A stretch of DNA of 57,154 nucleotides, the filler included, from Piptocephalis cylindrospora (Eukaryota): assembly GCA_003614145.1 (NCBI GenBank). It is 2 parts of 2 records of this genome, joined end to end, with 100 filler letters (N's around TTAATTAATTAA, not from the genome) between each part and the next. Parts side by side here need not be neighbours in the genome. Positions count along the whole stretch, not along the records: positions 1 to 28,551 come from KZ987760.1; 1 more part is not named here. One strand, written 5' to 3'. Both the position numbers and the translations under genes were made by a program. Shown piece by piece: positions 14,283 through 25,565 of this stretch (position 1 is its first letter; each line of letters begins with the position of its first letter). The notes below the pieces were generated by a model, which did no database searches, was not told the DNA's origin, and saw only the letters and a list, made by a program, of their open reading frames with translations.

Positions 14283-15602
14283 TCATTCTTGCTTGACCGT
14301 GTAGGATGTGGTGGAGGAGGCGTACTGAAGCTGAGCCTGACGAACACGATGACCCACACGGTCCACGAGGAGTGGGATGATGACATCGCCAAAGGCACGG
14401 GCAATGGCGGTGTTAGCAACCAAGACAGTCCAGCCTCCAACAAGGAGGACCCAGTTGATCGGAACCCAGAGGATGAGAAGGAAGGTGGCGAGAAGGAGAA
14501 GAAGGGCGCCTTGAAGGATTTGCCAGGTCTTGACTTCGTCCGACCAATCCAAATAAACCATTTGGGCCATCAGGGCATCGTAGGCATCTGAGAAGGTGCC
14601 CATGCCATTTTGGATGAAGCGCATGTTCTCCTTGTATTGGATGGATCCGGGGGCTGGAGGGGGGGCCTGGGAGAGACGATGCTTGGGCCGATCCTTCTTG
14701 CTCTTCTTCCCTCCCCCTCCCTCCTCCTTCTCCTGGAGCTGGGCAAGGCGATGTGCCTTGGCAAAGTAAAAGGACAGGATGATGTAGATAATGAGAGTTG
14801 GGGGCAGGAGGAGCAGGGTGCCCGGATATAGACAAAGGACGGTCCATGCTAGAATGCACAAAAGAGTGACGGAAGGAGCTTCCCAGGTGAGGATGGCCTG
14901 AACTTGCTGCTCAAAGGCGGCAAGCCCACCGACCCGGGAGACAGTCCATTGAAAGTTCCTCGGGGTGGTAGTGAGGAGATTAAGACCAGGGTGCTTAGAG
15001 GCCTTGCTGATGGCGCGTTGGTTGAGGGCGGTACTGATGATGAGATCCTGAACCAGGGACCTTTGTTTCTTCCAGCCCTTGCCCTCCTTACCAGGGGCTG
15101 GCAGGGTCGCAGAACTCTGTAGGGCAGACCGATCTTTGTCATTCGATCCGGAGAAAGAGGCGCCCTCGATGGTGTCAAGGGTCAGGGAGGGGGAAAGGAG
15201 GGTGGGTTGGGCGGGCCGAAGCCGTCTCCCCTCGGAGGAGAGGGTGCGGATACGACGGACAACAGACATTTCCGAGTCACTAAGCGTGTCATCTGGACCC
15301 TGGCCGTCTTCCTCCTCGAGTTGGAGATGAAAGGCCGAGTCGGCCGTGTGTTCCAAGGGCTGGGCAGAGGTGTGGGCGGGGGAATCGGGGGAAGATGCGG
15401 GAGCCTTGGCATACAGATGGTCACAAGCATAGGTGAGTTGAGATAGGCACTTTCGATGGCAGATGAAGCCGCACTGGGAGCACTCAAAGCCCTGACGAAT
15501 CAGACCCCAGAGGATGGCATTGCAATGGTCACAAAAGGTCCACCGAGTAAAATTTCTCTCTTGGAAAGAGTGAGTCAAGCGAGCTGCGCTAGAGGAGGTC
15601 AT
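14283..15602 (-). CDS. C1 (DAG/phorbol-ester-type zinc finger) domain fused to a Pex24/Pex30-like (reticulon-like) integral membrane domain
   Basis: Canonical 50-aa C1 HSFQERNFTRWTFCDHCNAILWGLIRQGFECSQCGFICHRKCLSQLTYAC. The C-terminal half has ILTWEAPSVT, hydrophobic hairpins, ENMRFIQNGMG and YLDWSDE, as in Pex24p-family/MCTP-type membrane domains. Single exon. Confidence 0.8.
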   Translation of the reverse strand: MTSSSAARLTHSFQERNFTRWTFCDHCNAILWGLIRQGFECSQCGFICHRKCLSQLTYACDHLYAKAPASSPDSPAHTSAQPLEHTADSAFHLQLEEEDGQGPDDTLSDSEMSVVRRIRTLSSEGRRLRPAQPTLLSPSLTLDTIEGASFSGSNDKDRSALQSSATLPAPGKEGKGWKKQRSLVQDLIISTALNQRAISKASKHPGLNLLTTTPRNFQWTVSRVGGLAAFEQQVQAILTWEAPSVTLLCILAWTVLCLYPGTLLLLPPTLIIYIILSFYFAKAHRLAQLQEKEEGGGGKKSKKDRPKHRLSQAPPPAPGSIQYKENMRFIQNGMGTFSDAYDALMAQMVYLDWSDEVKTWQILQGALLLLLATFLLILWVPINWVLLVGGWTVLVANTAIARAFGDVIIPLLVDRVGHRVRQAQLQYASSTTSYTVKQE

Positions 15603-16621
15603 CACAGAAGGCGAGTGGGGGAGGAGGGAAGGGGAGGATAAGCCAGGGAACTAAAGGGAAGAGGGTTTAGGGTAGAGTAGGGTGTGAGGAAGAGATATCG
15701 TTATGGGCGAGTGGACCAACGTAGCAAAAGGGGTAAATATAAGGGCCAAGAGGGAGAAAAGGTGCGTGCGTCGTAGACAAAAAGGGTAAGGGCGTGAGGC
15801 AGGGAAGGGAGGGGGCAAGAAGAATGGATCAATGGATGGGGGATCTGCCCTGGGGATTGGGATGGTACTTGATGCAGATATGTAGGTTAAGAAGCATCCT
15901 GTATGGAGCATCTTCCGGTGTGGTGGGGATGAAGCAGGATGCTTTTTTCCGCTCGTCTTTCGGAAATGTTGAAATAGAGCGGAGTCTTGGACATGAGGAG
16001 GGTGATCGTCTCCTTGATGGAAGGTTCCTTTGGGGCCTCATAGGAGTTAGGCCTGGTTGGATAGGGTTGAGATTTAGCGTAAGATCTAAAATTAAAAAAC
16101 GAACCAAGGCCAGAGGATGGATTGGGTTCTCTTATTCACCATGACTGAATCACACTCAGTATGGGCCAGCGGCAGCATGATAAATGCGCCCTGTGCGGTA
16201 AAGCGGATCTGTGGGTGCATGGGGTGGTGAATGCCGATGGGGCCTACCTGTGCGGGTCAGCTGGTATGGTCATGAAAGACACTAAATATCATGATGTATA
16301 ATCTTGGCCACTTGCTCATTTCCCCTCCTCCATACTTCCAATAGACATCGACAGAGCAAGCTAGATCATGTTGGGGTGCATTAAAAGAAAAAACATATAT
16401 GAGAGCTCGGGAGGTGAGGGGAATAGTGAAGGAAGAGGGGATGGATATGCGTGTGAACTCTTGGCGAATAGGCCCAGAGGAAGCACCATCCACTTGACAC
16501 TATCATCTCCCCAGACGACACATTGTCCCATCTCTACTCTTACGGAATCTCCCATTACCTCCCCCCCTTCCCTCCTTCCCCCCCTCCTCTTATCCCCTCT
16601 ACATCCAGCACAGGACCTACT

Positions 16622-17683
16622 TCACAAAAGACCAACGTACTCCAAGTTTTTCTGGATGATGATGTCGTTGACGGCGGCCATGACAAACTGGATCTGGTTG
16701 GTGTCGGTGGCACAGGTAAAGTGGGTGTAAATTTGCTTGGGTTCACTCTGGTTGAGGGAGATGAAGCAATTGAGGAGGTAATCACAGGCGGCCTCGTAAT
16801 TGGCACCGCCCTCAAAGTCCGGGAAGTAATGGGACATGGGGGAGATGGGGAGCTTGTCGCGGAAGAGATCGATTTTGTTGAGGAAGAGGATGATGCTGGT
16901 TTTGATGAACCACCTGGAATTGCAGATGGAGTCAAAGAGAGTCAAGGCTTCCTGCATACGGTTGACGGTCTCATCCTCGACGAGAGACTGATCGTATTCG
17001 GAAATGGCGACGAGGAAGACAATGGCGGTGACGTTCTCGAAGCAATGGATCCACTTCTTCCGCTCACTCCTCTGGCCTCCGACATCGAGCATGCGGTAAG
17101 TGAGTTCGCCGATGATGAAGGTGGTCTCGGTGATACCGGTGGTCTTGACCCGGGACCGTAGGACGTCCTGGTCGGAGGGGACATAGCCCGGCTGGGCAAT
17201 ACGGTCGACCGAGTCAAAGTAGTACTTGGCTGAGTCGTTCAATTGGTACTCACGAGACCGAGAAAAGCACTCCTGGACCCCAGGATCCATCCACAGGCCT
17301 CGGATGGCCTCAGCCACCTCTTGGGGCAGGGTGTCGGCCTCAATCTGATGGGGCAGATCGAGGATGACAGAGGACCAAAAGGCAGCGCCCTCGGATTGCA
17401 GGGGGATACCCATGGACTGGGATGCCTCGAGGATGACGCGCATGGACTGAACGGTGTTGGAGAAGATGATCTCCTTGAAAGATTCCCGTTCATCATCGTT
17501 GTATCCGCCATCGTGGATGAGCTTCATCTGCTTGAGGATGGTGGATTTTCCGGACTCTCCTGCGCCCAGCAGGAGCATCTTGACTTCCTTTTGCGCCGAT
17601 AGGCGATCTCTCTTGAGTTGGTTCTCGATTTCCTCGTTCTTTCGCCGTCCCTCCATGTCTTCTTTGCTAGCGCAGCAACCCAT
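16622..17683 (-). CDS. Heterotrimeric G-protein alpha subunit, fungal group I (Gi-like), intronless, 353 aa
   Basis: MGCC lipidation start, GAGESGKST, RSRVKTTG, DVGGQRSERKKW, FLNKID, TCATDT. Confidence 0.97.
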   Translation of the reverse strand: MGCCASKEDMEGRRKNEEIENQLKRDRLSAQKEVKMLLLGAGESGKSTILKQMKLIHDGGYNDDERESFKEIIFSNTVQSMRVILEASQSMGIPLQSEGAAFWSSVILDLPHQIEADTLPQEVAEAIRGLWMDPGVQECFSRSREYQLNDSAKYYFDSVDRIAQPGYVPSDQDVLRSRVKTTGITETTFIIGELTYRMLDVGGQRSERKKWIHCFENVTAIVFLVAISEYDQSLVEDETVNRMQEALTLFDSICNSRWFIKTSIILFLNKIDLFRDKLPISPMSHYFPDFEGGANYEAACDYLLNCFISLNQSEPKQIYTHFTCATDTNQIQFVMAAVNDIIIQKNLEYVGLL

Positions 17684-17829
17684 GGTGTGTTGTGTGAATA
17701 GGAGGGAGAAGAAGAAGAGCGGTCAACGCAGTGAGAGGGAAGGCTTGGTCAAAGGAAGCGAGGGCTGATCAGACGATCAGATTGTAAGGGAAAGGAGGAA
17801 AGTGGGGAAGAGAGGAAGAAAGGAAGACG

Positions 17830-17854
17830 GAGAGAGAGAGAGAGAGAGAGAGAG
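17830..17854. repeat. (GA)n microsatellite in the G-alpha leader
   Basis: gagagagag... run directly visible. Confidence 0.85.
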
Positions 17855-20436
17855 AACGAGAGAGTAATAGACTGGGTAGAAATAAACCGGTACGTCGATC
17901 AGTGGGGGGGGGGAGGGGATAACAACGAAAGTTGAGGAAGAAGGAGAGAGAAGAGAATGCCGGTAACAAAGGAAAAGCGAGTGGCTGAAGGGGTAGAGCA
18001 AGAGGCCAACTAAGAGTGGTGAAGAGGAGGGAGAGGCAAAGACGGGTAGGAGGAAAGTCCCAAGATAAGTAAAGATGGCCAAGTAGTTGGGGAAGGGAGA
18101 GAGAGGAGCGGGAGAGAAGCGGGTAACAGACGCTCAAGTGCGGTAAGTGCGGGGGTGACGAGTAAGCAAGGGAGGGAAGGAAAAGAGGGAGAGGAGAAGG
18201 GAGGAAAGGGAGGAGGAAGGGAGGAGGGCAACAAGTATTGCAGCGATCCAGGTAAGATGTAGCGTTGGTGCGTATGTGTGTGTGTGTATGAGGGAAGGGT
18301 GGGTGTGAGAGAGCTGGGGAGGAAGGGAGATACTAAAGACACACACACACACACAGCGCTTGGGCAGGGAAGGAGTGTTCTGGGGGCGGGTCGGTGAGAA
18401 GAAAACGGAGAGGAGGGCGGAGAAATCATTACATGGTGTGGGCTCTGTGTGTATGGCCTGGGGAGGATGTCTAGCTTGTCCGCCTCATATGGGTAGGATC
18501 TTCAGTGTGGGGACGGGAGTGTGCGGGGGGTGTGAGAGGGTACAGCAAAAACCTTGTGTTCTCTCAAGCGGAGGGGACCACAAGAGTGTATGCTGACACG
18601 CCCTTCTACCTCAAGACCATGCTGTGGAAGGGGGAGCAAGAGCGATGCCTACACTCTTCCTTGCCCAGGAATCAGCGAGACTTCATACATATTGCGCTAC
18701 CCTCCGCACCCCCCATCCCTTGTCCTTGTTTCCCTCACATAGGGGCATTTCAGGGGCCCAAGAGCTTCAAGCCTTTACCACAAAGATCCAGAGCCTCGAC
18801 GGCCTTGCCTGATGGAGCCGCTGGGGGCAGGACTAGTGTGTGGGGAGGGGAAACCAGGACAGCTTGGTAGACAGATGAGGACGATGAGTCAATGAAAAGG
18901 GGGCTATCGGGATAGCTCATTGGCCCAGACCTAAGCGGAGTGTCAATCTTCACACATGAAGGCTGGGCAGGGTCAGGAGAAAAAGGAAAGGGACATACGG
19001 ACAGGGGAAAATCGAGTGATCTTCCCTGAACGACCGGGGGGAGACGAAGGGAAGATGAACGGTATCACGGCCATCGGACATGCAGGACGATGTATAGCCT
19101 ACTCTTTCAGACCTTGAAGGGAAGGTGGGGAAAAAATGGAGGAAGACGACCCTGCAGGACCTGTCATTCAAGGACTTGTGCGCACGCACGCACACACATG
19201 CTGGGGACGGATGGAATGGGCCACCTGGGATCTTGAAGAGGGTCAAACCTGCCACATTCGCTCCATGGGGATGCATCCATCGTGGCCAGGTCCGGATAGG
19301 ACTGGAGATCAAACGATATCTTGAATCCCGTTATCCCATCCGGCCTGCTTCAGTGGACACTTCCAGTGTATCCCCATAGTGACCTTTATTCCAAGGCACA
19401 GGGGCGATGGGGGCTGTGTAGGGAGTAGAGGATTTGGATATCGATCTTGACATGGGGCTGGTAGAAACTAACAAGAGTATCAGAAAGAAACCCTTGCTTC
19501 TGAGCGAGAACACATCTGGATAGGTGGGTATGTCAACCTGGTTCTTCTTTTTATTAAAAAAAGAATATACTTTACAAAGAAAACACAAAGGAAAAAAACC
19601 CGTCTTTGCCATCATTTCCCTCTACACATACCTATCCAGTCCATCGGGACGGTCTGCTTGCACGCGTTTTCATAAAGAAACGACAAGAATAGGTCACAAG
19701 CATGAACCTCTTTCTTTTTCTCTACTTGTCGCACTTGAAACTCATTCCTCTTCAATGACATCAAGTCAAGCCCCGTCACCGACTCCATACCCTTCCTACC
19801 AATGGATGGCCTTGTTGCTGGGAAAGGGCATGAGCTATCCTTGCCCTGGGACGGATCGGTCCGGCTGACAGTTTCCCATCCCTGACCAGCATGGGTGGCG
19901 TAGTTGAAGAATAGGACGAGCTTCGTCGGACCCCCCAGCTAGGCCTTCTCGTGATCCTGTACGGAGACATAGCTATGCCTATCATGATCCAGCGGAGTTT
20001 CCACGGCCAGGACAGCCCTACTCACGCCCATCCACCTCCACCCTGATCTCCAAGTTCAAGAATATCTTCTGTCCATCCAATGCCTCTCCTATCTCGTCGA
20101 CTCCATCCGTCCCCATTCTACAGGAGCCCTTTTGGCCACACCCCGCTCGCCTCACCCGCATGCACGTGGAGGAGAAGAGGGCATGGGAACACGACCACTC
20201 CACCACCTCGGACTATTCTTTCTTCCCTCCCAGATCAAATAGTACAGATGACCCCATCCATCCTCCCAGACCTTCTACACTCCTCCAAGGATAAATAGGA
20301 TGGGGTGGGGGAGGGGGCGGGGAAGGGGGAGGGGGAAGGGGGAGACCTCACCCGATTATCCTTTCCCTATCCCGTTATCATCGCATCCTCATATCTCCAT
20401 CCTCTCCCTATACTATCCTTATCCCATCAGTCCAGC

Positions 20437-21996
20437 ATGCTCAAAGAAATCGTTCAGGTCCTCCTAGGGATCGGCTTCCTCCGCCTCACTCATTCCATCT
20501 ACAAGGCTCGTCGCCCCGGACGTCCCGGACCCCCAGGATACCCCATCTTTGGGAATCTCCTCCAGCTCGGCACCAAGCCCCACCTCCTCATGGCCAAATG
20601 GGCCAAAAAGTACGGCGATATCTATTATCTCCGCATGGGCTTCATTGACTGGATGGTTGTGAGCACGCCCGAGGCCATGCATGATATCCTCAGTCGCCAG
20701 GGCCTGACCTTTGCCTCCAGACCTCATCAGGTCATTCTCGGCGACATCCTTACCTCCAAGGCTTCTGGAGTTACCACCTCCCCTTACGGTCCGGACTGGA
20801 ACTATAAGCGCCGTTTCTTCACCACCACCTTCAACAAAGTCAATGTCCAAAGCCATCAAGACACCCTGCTCTACGAGTCTCGTGATCTCATCCGTCAACT
20901 GATGGCCAGTAGCGAGGAACATGGGTCTCACGGCTTCTCTGCCCGCCGTCATCATCAGTCCTATGCCCTCAACATCATCCTCACCATGGCTTATGGCACT
21001 CGATTTTCCTCCCACAAGGATCCTCTGTGCCAGACCCAGCTCCAGTTGAATGACGAGCTCTTCCGCATGATCGGCCCCAAGTACTGCCTCATCGACTTTC
21101 TCCCCTTCCTCCGTCCCTTCCTCCCCCACCTAGAGCGGGATGCCTGGGATCTTCACCAGACCCTCTACGGATTCCTCGGGGATCATTTTGATCAGTACTG
21201 CGAAGAGGCCGATACGGTCAATGCCCGCATCCCCAACACCCTTTCAAAGCTTCTGCTCGAGTCCGTCCGTAAGGGTGACCTGACCAGAGAGCACGCTCTT
21301 ATCCTTCTGGCCGAGACCTTTGCTGCCGGCCTAGATACCTCCTCAGCCTCCTTTACCTGGCTATCCCTTCTTCTTGTGACGCACATGGATGTGCAGAAGA
21401 AGGCGCAAGAGGAGGTCGATCGAATCGTCGGCAGAGACCGCATGCCCACCCACGATGATCTACCTAACCTTCCGTACCTCCGGTGCATCCTCCTGGAATC
21501 TATGCGCTTCCGTGGTCCAGCCCAGTTCAGCCTTCCCCGGGCCACTGCTGAGGATACTGTGTACCGGGGAGTGACTATCCGCAAGGGAACCTGGATCATG
21601 CCGAGTCTCTATGCGGCCAATCGTGTCTTCTCCCACCTTGAGGACCAGGATGTCTTCCGGCCCGAGCGATGGGAGTCCAATCCCAAGACCCTGACTGAGG
21701 AGGTGTCTGGAAAGCAGAGTACCCGGGTCAACTGGAATTTTGGCGCGGGTCGTCGTGTCTGCCCCGGCCTTTATCTCTCCGACCTTTCCCTCTCCCTTGC
21801 AGTCGCCAATCTCGTTTGGTCTTTTACCGTCCAAGCAGGCGATGGCGAGCAGATTGATCTGGAAGAGATGGAGGACGGTACCAATACCCCCCCTCCTCAC
21901 TGGCGTCTTCAGTACACTCCCCGTGGGGATCATGTCAAAACTATGCTTGAGACCGAGGGCTCCATTACCCGGGCTGATACAGTCAAGGCGCATTAG
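20437..21996 (+). CDS. Cytochrome P450 (copy A), intronless
   Basis: N-terminal anchor plus PGPPGYPIFGNL, I-helix AAGLDTSS, ExxR (ESMR), PERW, heme motif FGAGRRVCPG. ATG at 20437 lies in tccagcATG, the same context as copy B. Confidence 0.95.
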   Translation: MLKEIVQVLLGIGFLRLTHSIYKARRPGRPGPPGYPIFGNLLQLGTKPHLLMAKWAKKYGDIYYLRMGFIDWMVVSTPEAMHDILSRQGLTFASRPHQVILGDILTSKASGVTTSPYGPDWNYKRRFFTTTFNKVNVQSHQDTLLYESRDLIRQLMASSEEHGSHGFSARRHHQSYALNIILTMAYGTRFSSHKDPLCQTQLQLNDELFRMIGPKYCLIDFLPFLRPFLPHLERDAWDLHQTLYGFLGDHFDQYCEEADTVNARIPNTLSKLLLESVRKGDLTREHALILLAETFAAGLDTSSASFTWLSLLLVTHMDVQKKAQEEVDRIVGRDRMPTHDDLPNLPYLRCILLESMRFRGPAQFSLPRATAEDTVYRGVTIRKGTWIMPSLYAANRVFSHLEDQDVFRPERWESNPKTLTEEVSGKQSTRVNWNFGAGRRVCPGLYLSDLSLSLAVANLVWSFTVQAGDGEQIDLEEMEDGTNTPPPHWRLQYTPRGDHVKTMLETEGSITRADTVKAH

Positions 21997-23293
21997 ATGA
22001 ACATGCTTAGAAGCTTGTTTGTGCGTATGGATTTTCTTTTCTAATAAAAAGTTTTGATTTCATGTTAGTGCTACTGGGGGGAGGGATACATTGGCTTGGG
22101 AGCAAGGGTATCCGCTTGATGCCATGACTATGCGCTGTCTCAATAACACTGGACTCAGACAGGGGAGGGCAGACACACGGATCTCTGTTGTTCCAGGGGG
22201 TGATGTGGTCAATGTGGGGACTGCGTGAACAAGTGCCACCCTTATCCCCGAGGTTCTCATCCATCTGCCGGATGCTGCATAAGTTCACTTTTCATCCCCT
22301 GAGGGAGAAGCCATGGAAAATGATGGGGCTCATGCGCATTGGGGGGGTAGGGGGGTAAGTATTATCTGTCCTTATATGACCCAATTCATCACTCGAAAAC
22401 GTATACCCAGCACGACCCAGAGTAAAATATGGATTACCTAAAGGGTATATCATGTCAACAAAGGGGTCCGTCCATTCCAGATCTACATTTATTTACCTTC
22501 ATCCCCTGGCCACTCCTCATCCCATTATGGCTCATGAGAAGGTTCTTCCGTCTTGGTATTCATCCCAAAGTGTCCTCATGCTATCCTTTTGGTCACAAGG
22601 GTATCATTACCAGAAGCTCCCTTGGAGTAGATAAGCCATACATTGATCCGCTTAACGAAAGGTTCAAGGGTGTCGCCATCTCAGCAAAGATGGGTGAAGT
22701 ATGACTGGAAGTACTCTTTCACCCATTCCTACATGTATAAAAAACTCCCACACCACTTCAAGACACCAATCTTCATCCTCCAAGAGATGCCTATGCTGTC
22801 CTGATGGGCATGAATCGTCTTCCACATCCCACTTTTCCCGCTCCCACCCGTGGACTGCCCCCTTTGTCCCACTTGGGCATATCCGACACAGCACATACTC
22901 ATTGGTGCGTGGAATATGCGGAGTTTCCACGACCAACCGACCCTTTCGAAGACTTTGACCTGCCTCCCGGGTGTTTATCCGGTCCACAAGTATGGTTGTA
23001 TGGAGAATGCCCATCCTATTTCCTATCTGAAGAATGAAGATTCTCCCGTTGAATGAGACTTCCCTTTCTCCTTTTTGGATGATGGAATCCCCTTTGAATG
23101 ATGACATTCTCTACTTCCTCCCCCCCTCTCCCATTTGGAATATTTCCCAAGGGAAAGAGGGTCGTCCCTCCATTCTCCAAGAATGCAGAAGGGGTTTTCT
23201 TGACAAAATGCATTGATGAGCACGTGGGAAAAACGGGTGAATGGTAAAAGGCAATGCTCGTCTTATCCTGAGCCATGCGCGACAAGTGTGACA

Positions 23294-23301
23294 TATAAAT
23301 A
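23294..23301 (+). promoter_or_regulatory. Putative TATA box upstream of P450 copy B
   Basis: TATAAATA about 240 nt upstream of the ATG at 23537, followed by a CT-rich leader. Confidence 0.35.
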
Positions 23302-23536
23302 AGGATAAGTCGTGTGAATCTCTTTTCGGCCCCCATAGGTATGTCCTGCGTACGTTGACCCTATCTCTTACATCTCCTATCTTAGCCGCATTTTTTGTTT
23401 TTCCCTTGCAAACACATTGAGAGGTTTTCTCTCCCTCTACCCATATCCTGCATCCCATCTGTGCCTCCATTATCCCTAGCTGCTCTGTATCTCCACTGTC
23501 CTTAGTCCTCTTTTGCCTCATCAACACATATCCAGC

Positions 23537-25090
23537 ATGATCCAAGGTCTCATTCAAGTCGTTCTGGGCATTGGCTTCCTCGGTCTAACCCATGCTCTGT
23601 ACAGGGCTAGACAACCCAATCGCCCTGGACCACCGGGATACCCCATCTTTGGGAATCTTTTGCAGATGGGATCCCGTCCTCTCGTCCGCATGTCGGAATG
23701 GGCCAAAAAGTATGGAGGTGTGTACTATCTTCGCATGGGCTTTATTGACTGGATGGTCGTGAGTACGCCCGAGGCCATGCACGATGTGCTGAGCAAGCAA
23801 GGAGCCACATTTGCCTCTCGTCCTCATCAGCTCGTCCTTGGAGATATTCTAAGTAATGGAGGACACGGGGTTGTGGCTGCCCCATATGGCCCGAGATGGA
23901 ATGCCAATCGTCGGTTCTTCACTTCCGCCCTCTCCAAGCTGAGCGTGCAGAGCTACGAGGATTCCCTACTGCACGAGTCTCGCCATTTATGCCGGAATCT
24001 CATGGTGGATATGGAGCGGCACGGAGGCGCCGGTTTCCCCATCCATCGTCATCACCAAGCCTATGCCTTCAACATCATCCTCACCATGTCCTATGGGGTG
24101 CGATACGCCTCGGCTGAACATCCTAGGTGTGCCGAGCAACTTCAAGTCAATGATGATATCTTCCAGATGATCGGACCCAAGTACTTTATCGTAGATTTGC
24201 TCCCCTTCCTTCGGTGCTTTCTTCCGCATCTCGAGAGAAATGCTCGAAAGCTCCACGCGACAATGTATGGATTTATCAGGGAACGTTTCGCTCAGTTTTG
24301 CCAGGAAGAGGAGGATATCAATGCTCGGATCCCCAATACGATGTGCAAGTATCTGGCAGCGGCGGTCCGTAAGGGCGAACTGGCCGAGGATGACGCTCAT
24401 GTGACCTTGGGCGAGGCTTTTGCCGCAGGCCTTGACAACTCCTCCTCTAGCCTAACTTGGCTCACTCTGGCCTTGGCAGCCCATGTGGATGTGCAAAAGA
24501 AGGCACAGGAGGAGATGGACCGTGTGGTGGGGAGGGATCGTATGCCGACGCAGAATGATCTGCCCAACCTCCCGTATCTCCGGTGCATCCTTCAAGAGGC
24601 CACACGGTTCCGCGGACCCGCCCAAGTGCTCTTTCCCCGAGCCACGACCGAGGACACTGTGTATCAGGGAGTGACGATCCGCAAGGGAACCTGGGTCATG
24701 CCTAGTATCTATGCGGCTCATCACGTCTTCTCTCATCTCGAGGACCCTGATGTCTTCCGGCCGGAACGGTGGGAGTCCAATCCTAAGACGCTGATGGAAG
24801 AGGTGATGGGCAAGCAGAGTACCCGAGTCAACTGGAACTTTGGTACGGGTCGTCGCGTTTGCCCGGGCCTGTATCTCGCTGACATTAGCCTGTCCCTTAC
24901 CTTGGCCCAAGCCATATGGTGCTTCACCATCAAGCCCGGAGAAGGGGAAAGCGTCTGTTTAGAAACTATGGGCAACGGCACCAACATCTCTCCTCCTAAC
25001 TGGCGTATACGGTACATTCCCCGTGGGGATTATGTCAAGGACATGCTTCAGACTGAGGATTCTTCTACCCGGGCCAGGACTTTGGAGTGA
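23537..25090 (+). CDS. Cytochrome P450 (copy B), tandem paralog of copy A, intronless
   Basis: Colinear with copy A (e.g. shared YYLRMGFIDWMVVSTPEAMHD and VFRPERWESNPKTL). I-helix AAGLDNSS, EATR, PERW, FGTGRRVCPG. Confidence 0.95.
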   Translation: MIQGLIQVVLGIGFLGLTHALYRARQPNRPGPPGYPIFGNLLQMGSRPLVRMSEWAKKYGGVYYLRMGFIDWMVVSTPEAMHDVLSKQGATFASRPHQLVLGDILSNGGHGVVAAPYGPRWNANRRFFTSALSKLSVQSYEDSLLHESRHLCRNLMVDMERHGGAGFPIHRHHQAYAFNIILTMSYGVRYASAEHPRCAEQLQVNDDIFQMIGPKYFIVDLLPFLRCFLPHLERNARKLHATMYGFIRERFAQFCQEEEDINARIPNTMCKYLAAAVRKGELAEDDAHVTLGEAFAAGLDNSSSSLTWLTLALAAHVDVQKKAQEEMDRVVGRDRMPTQNDLPNLPYLRCILQEATRFRGPAQVLFPRATTEDTVYQGVTIRKGTWVMPSIYAAHHVFSHLEDPDVFRPERWESNPKTLMEEVMGKQSTRVNWNFGTGRRVCPGLYLADISLSLTLAQAIWCFTIKPGEGESVCLETMGNGTNISPPNWRIRYIPRGDYVKDMLQTEDSSTRARTLE

Positions 25091-25114
25091 GAAGGGGAAG
25101 GGAGAGAGAGAGCA

Positions 25115-25137
25115 TGTGTGTGTGTGTGTGTGTGTGT
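25115..25137. repeat. (TG)n microsatellite in the 3' flank of P450 copy B
   Basis: tgtgtgtg... run directly visible. Confidence 0.85.
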
Positions 25138-25565
25138 TATGTTTTGATTTGGTACATTAGGAACTGGGGGGGGAGGAATCCTTTTTTTAAGCGTCATGGA
25201 CTGAATGGATAAACGATGACGATTCCTTGTCTGTCTCCGTCTCTTTGCCCACAGGTTCACAGATGAAAGTGCGCTCATCTGCATCCCAAGGGCAGAATGC
25301 TTGCCAGGCCTGTCTAAAAAGGTGAATATTCGAAATTTGCCAAAGCTGTGCGCATGATCTCCTCTTCCATATTTTCCCCAGAGTGCAGTATTTCCTTTCT
25401 TCACATTTCGCAGTTTACTACCACCGCCTTTCTTCGGGTCAGACCGCGTATGTTGACTTTAAGAGCAGGGTTGGAGTCTTTAGGCGCGTAAAGAGGACGC
25501 ATGAGCTCTTCTTTTCTCTATTGCTTCCTAGCCCTCTCCTCCCTTTTTGGATATATCGACACGCC

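Noticed and set aside
16523..17161. Long antisense ORFs opposite real genes (also 52261-53181, 20464-21129, 33301-33903, 49095-49739)
   Set aside because: Shadow ORFs expected from codon bias in GC-rich coding sequence; no recognisable domains.
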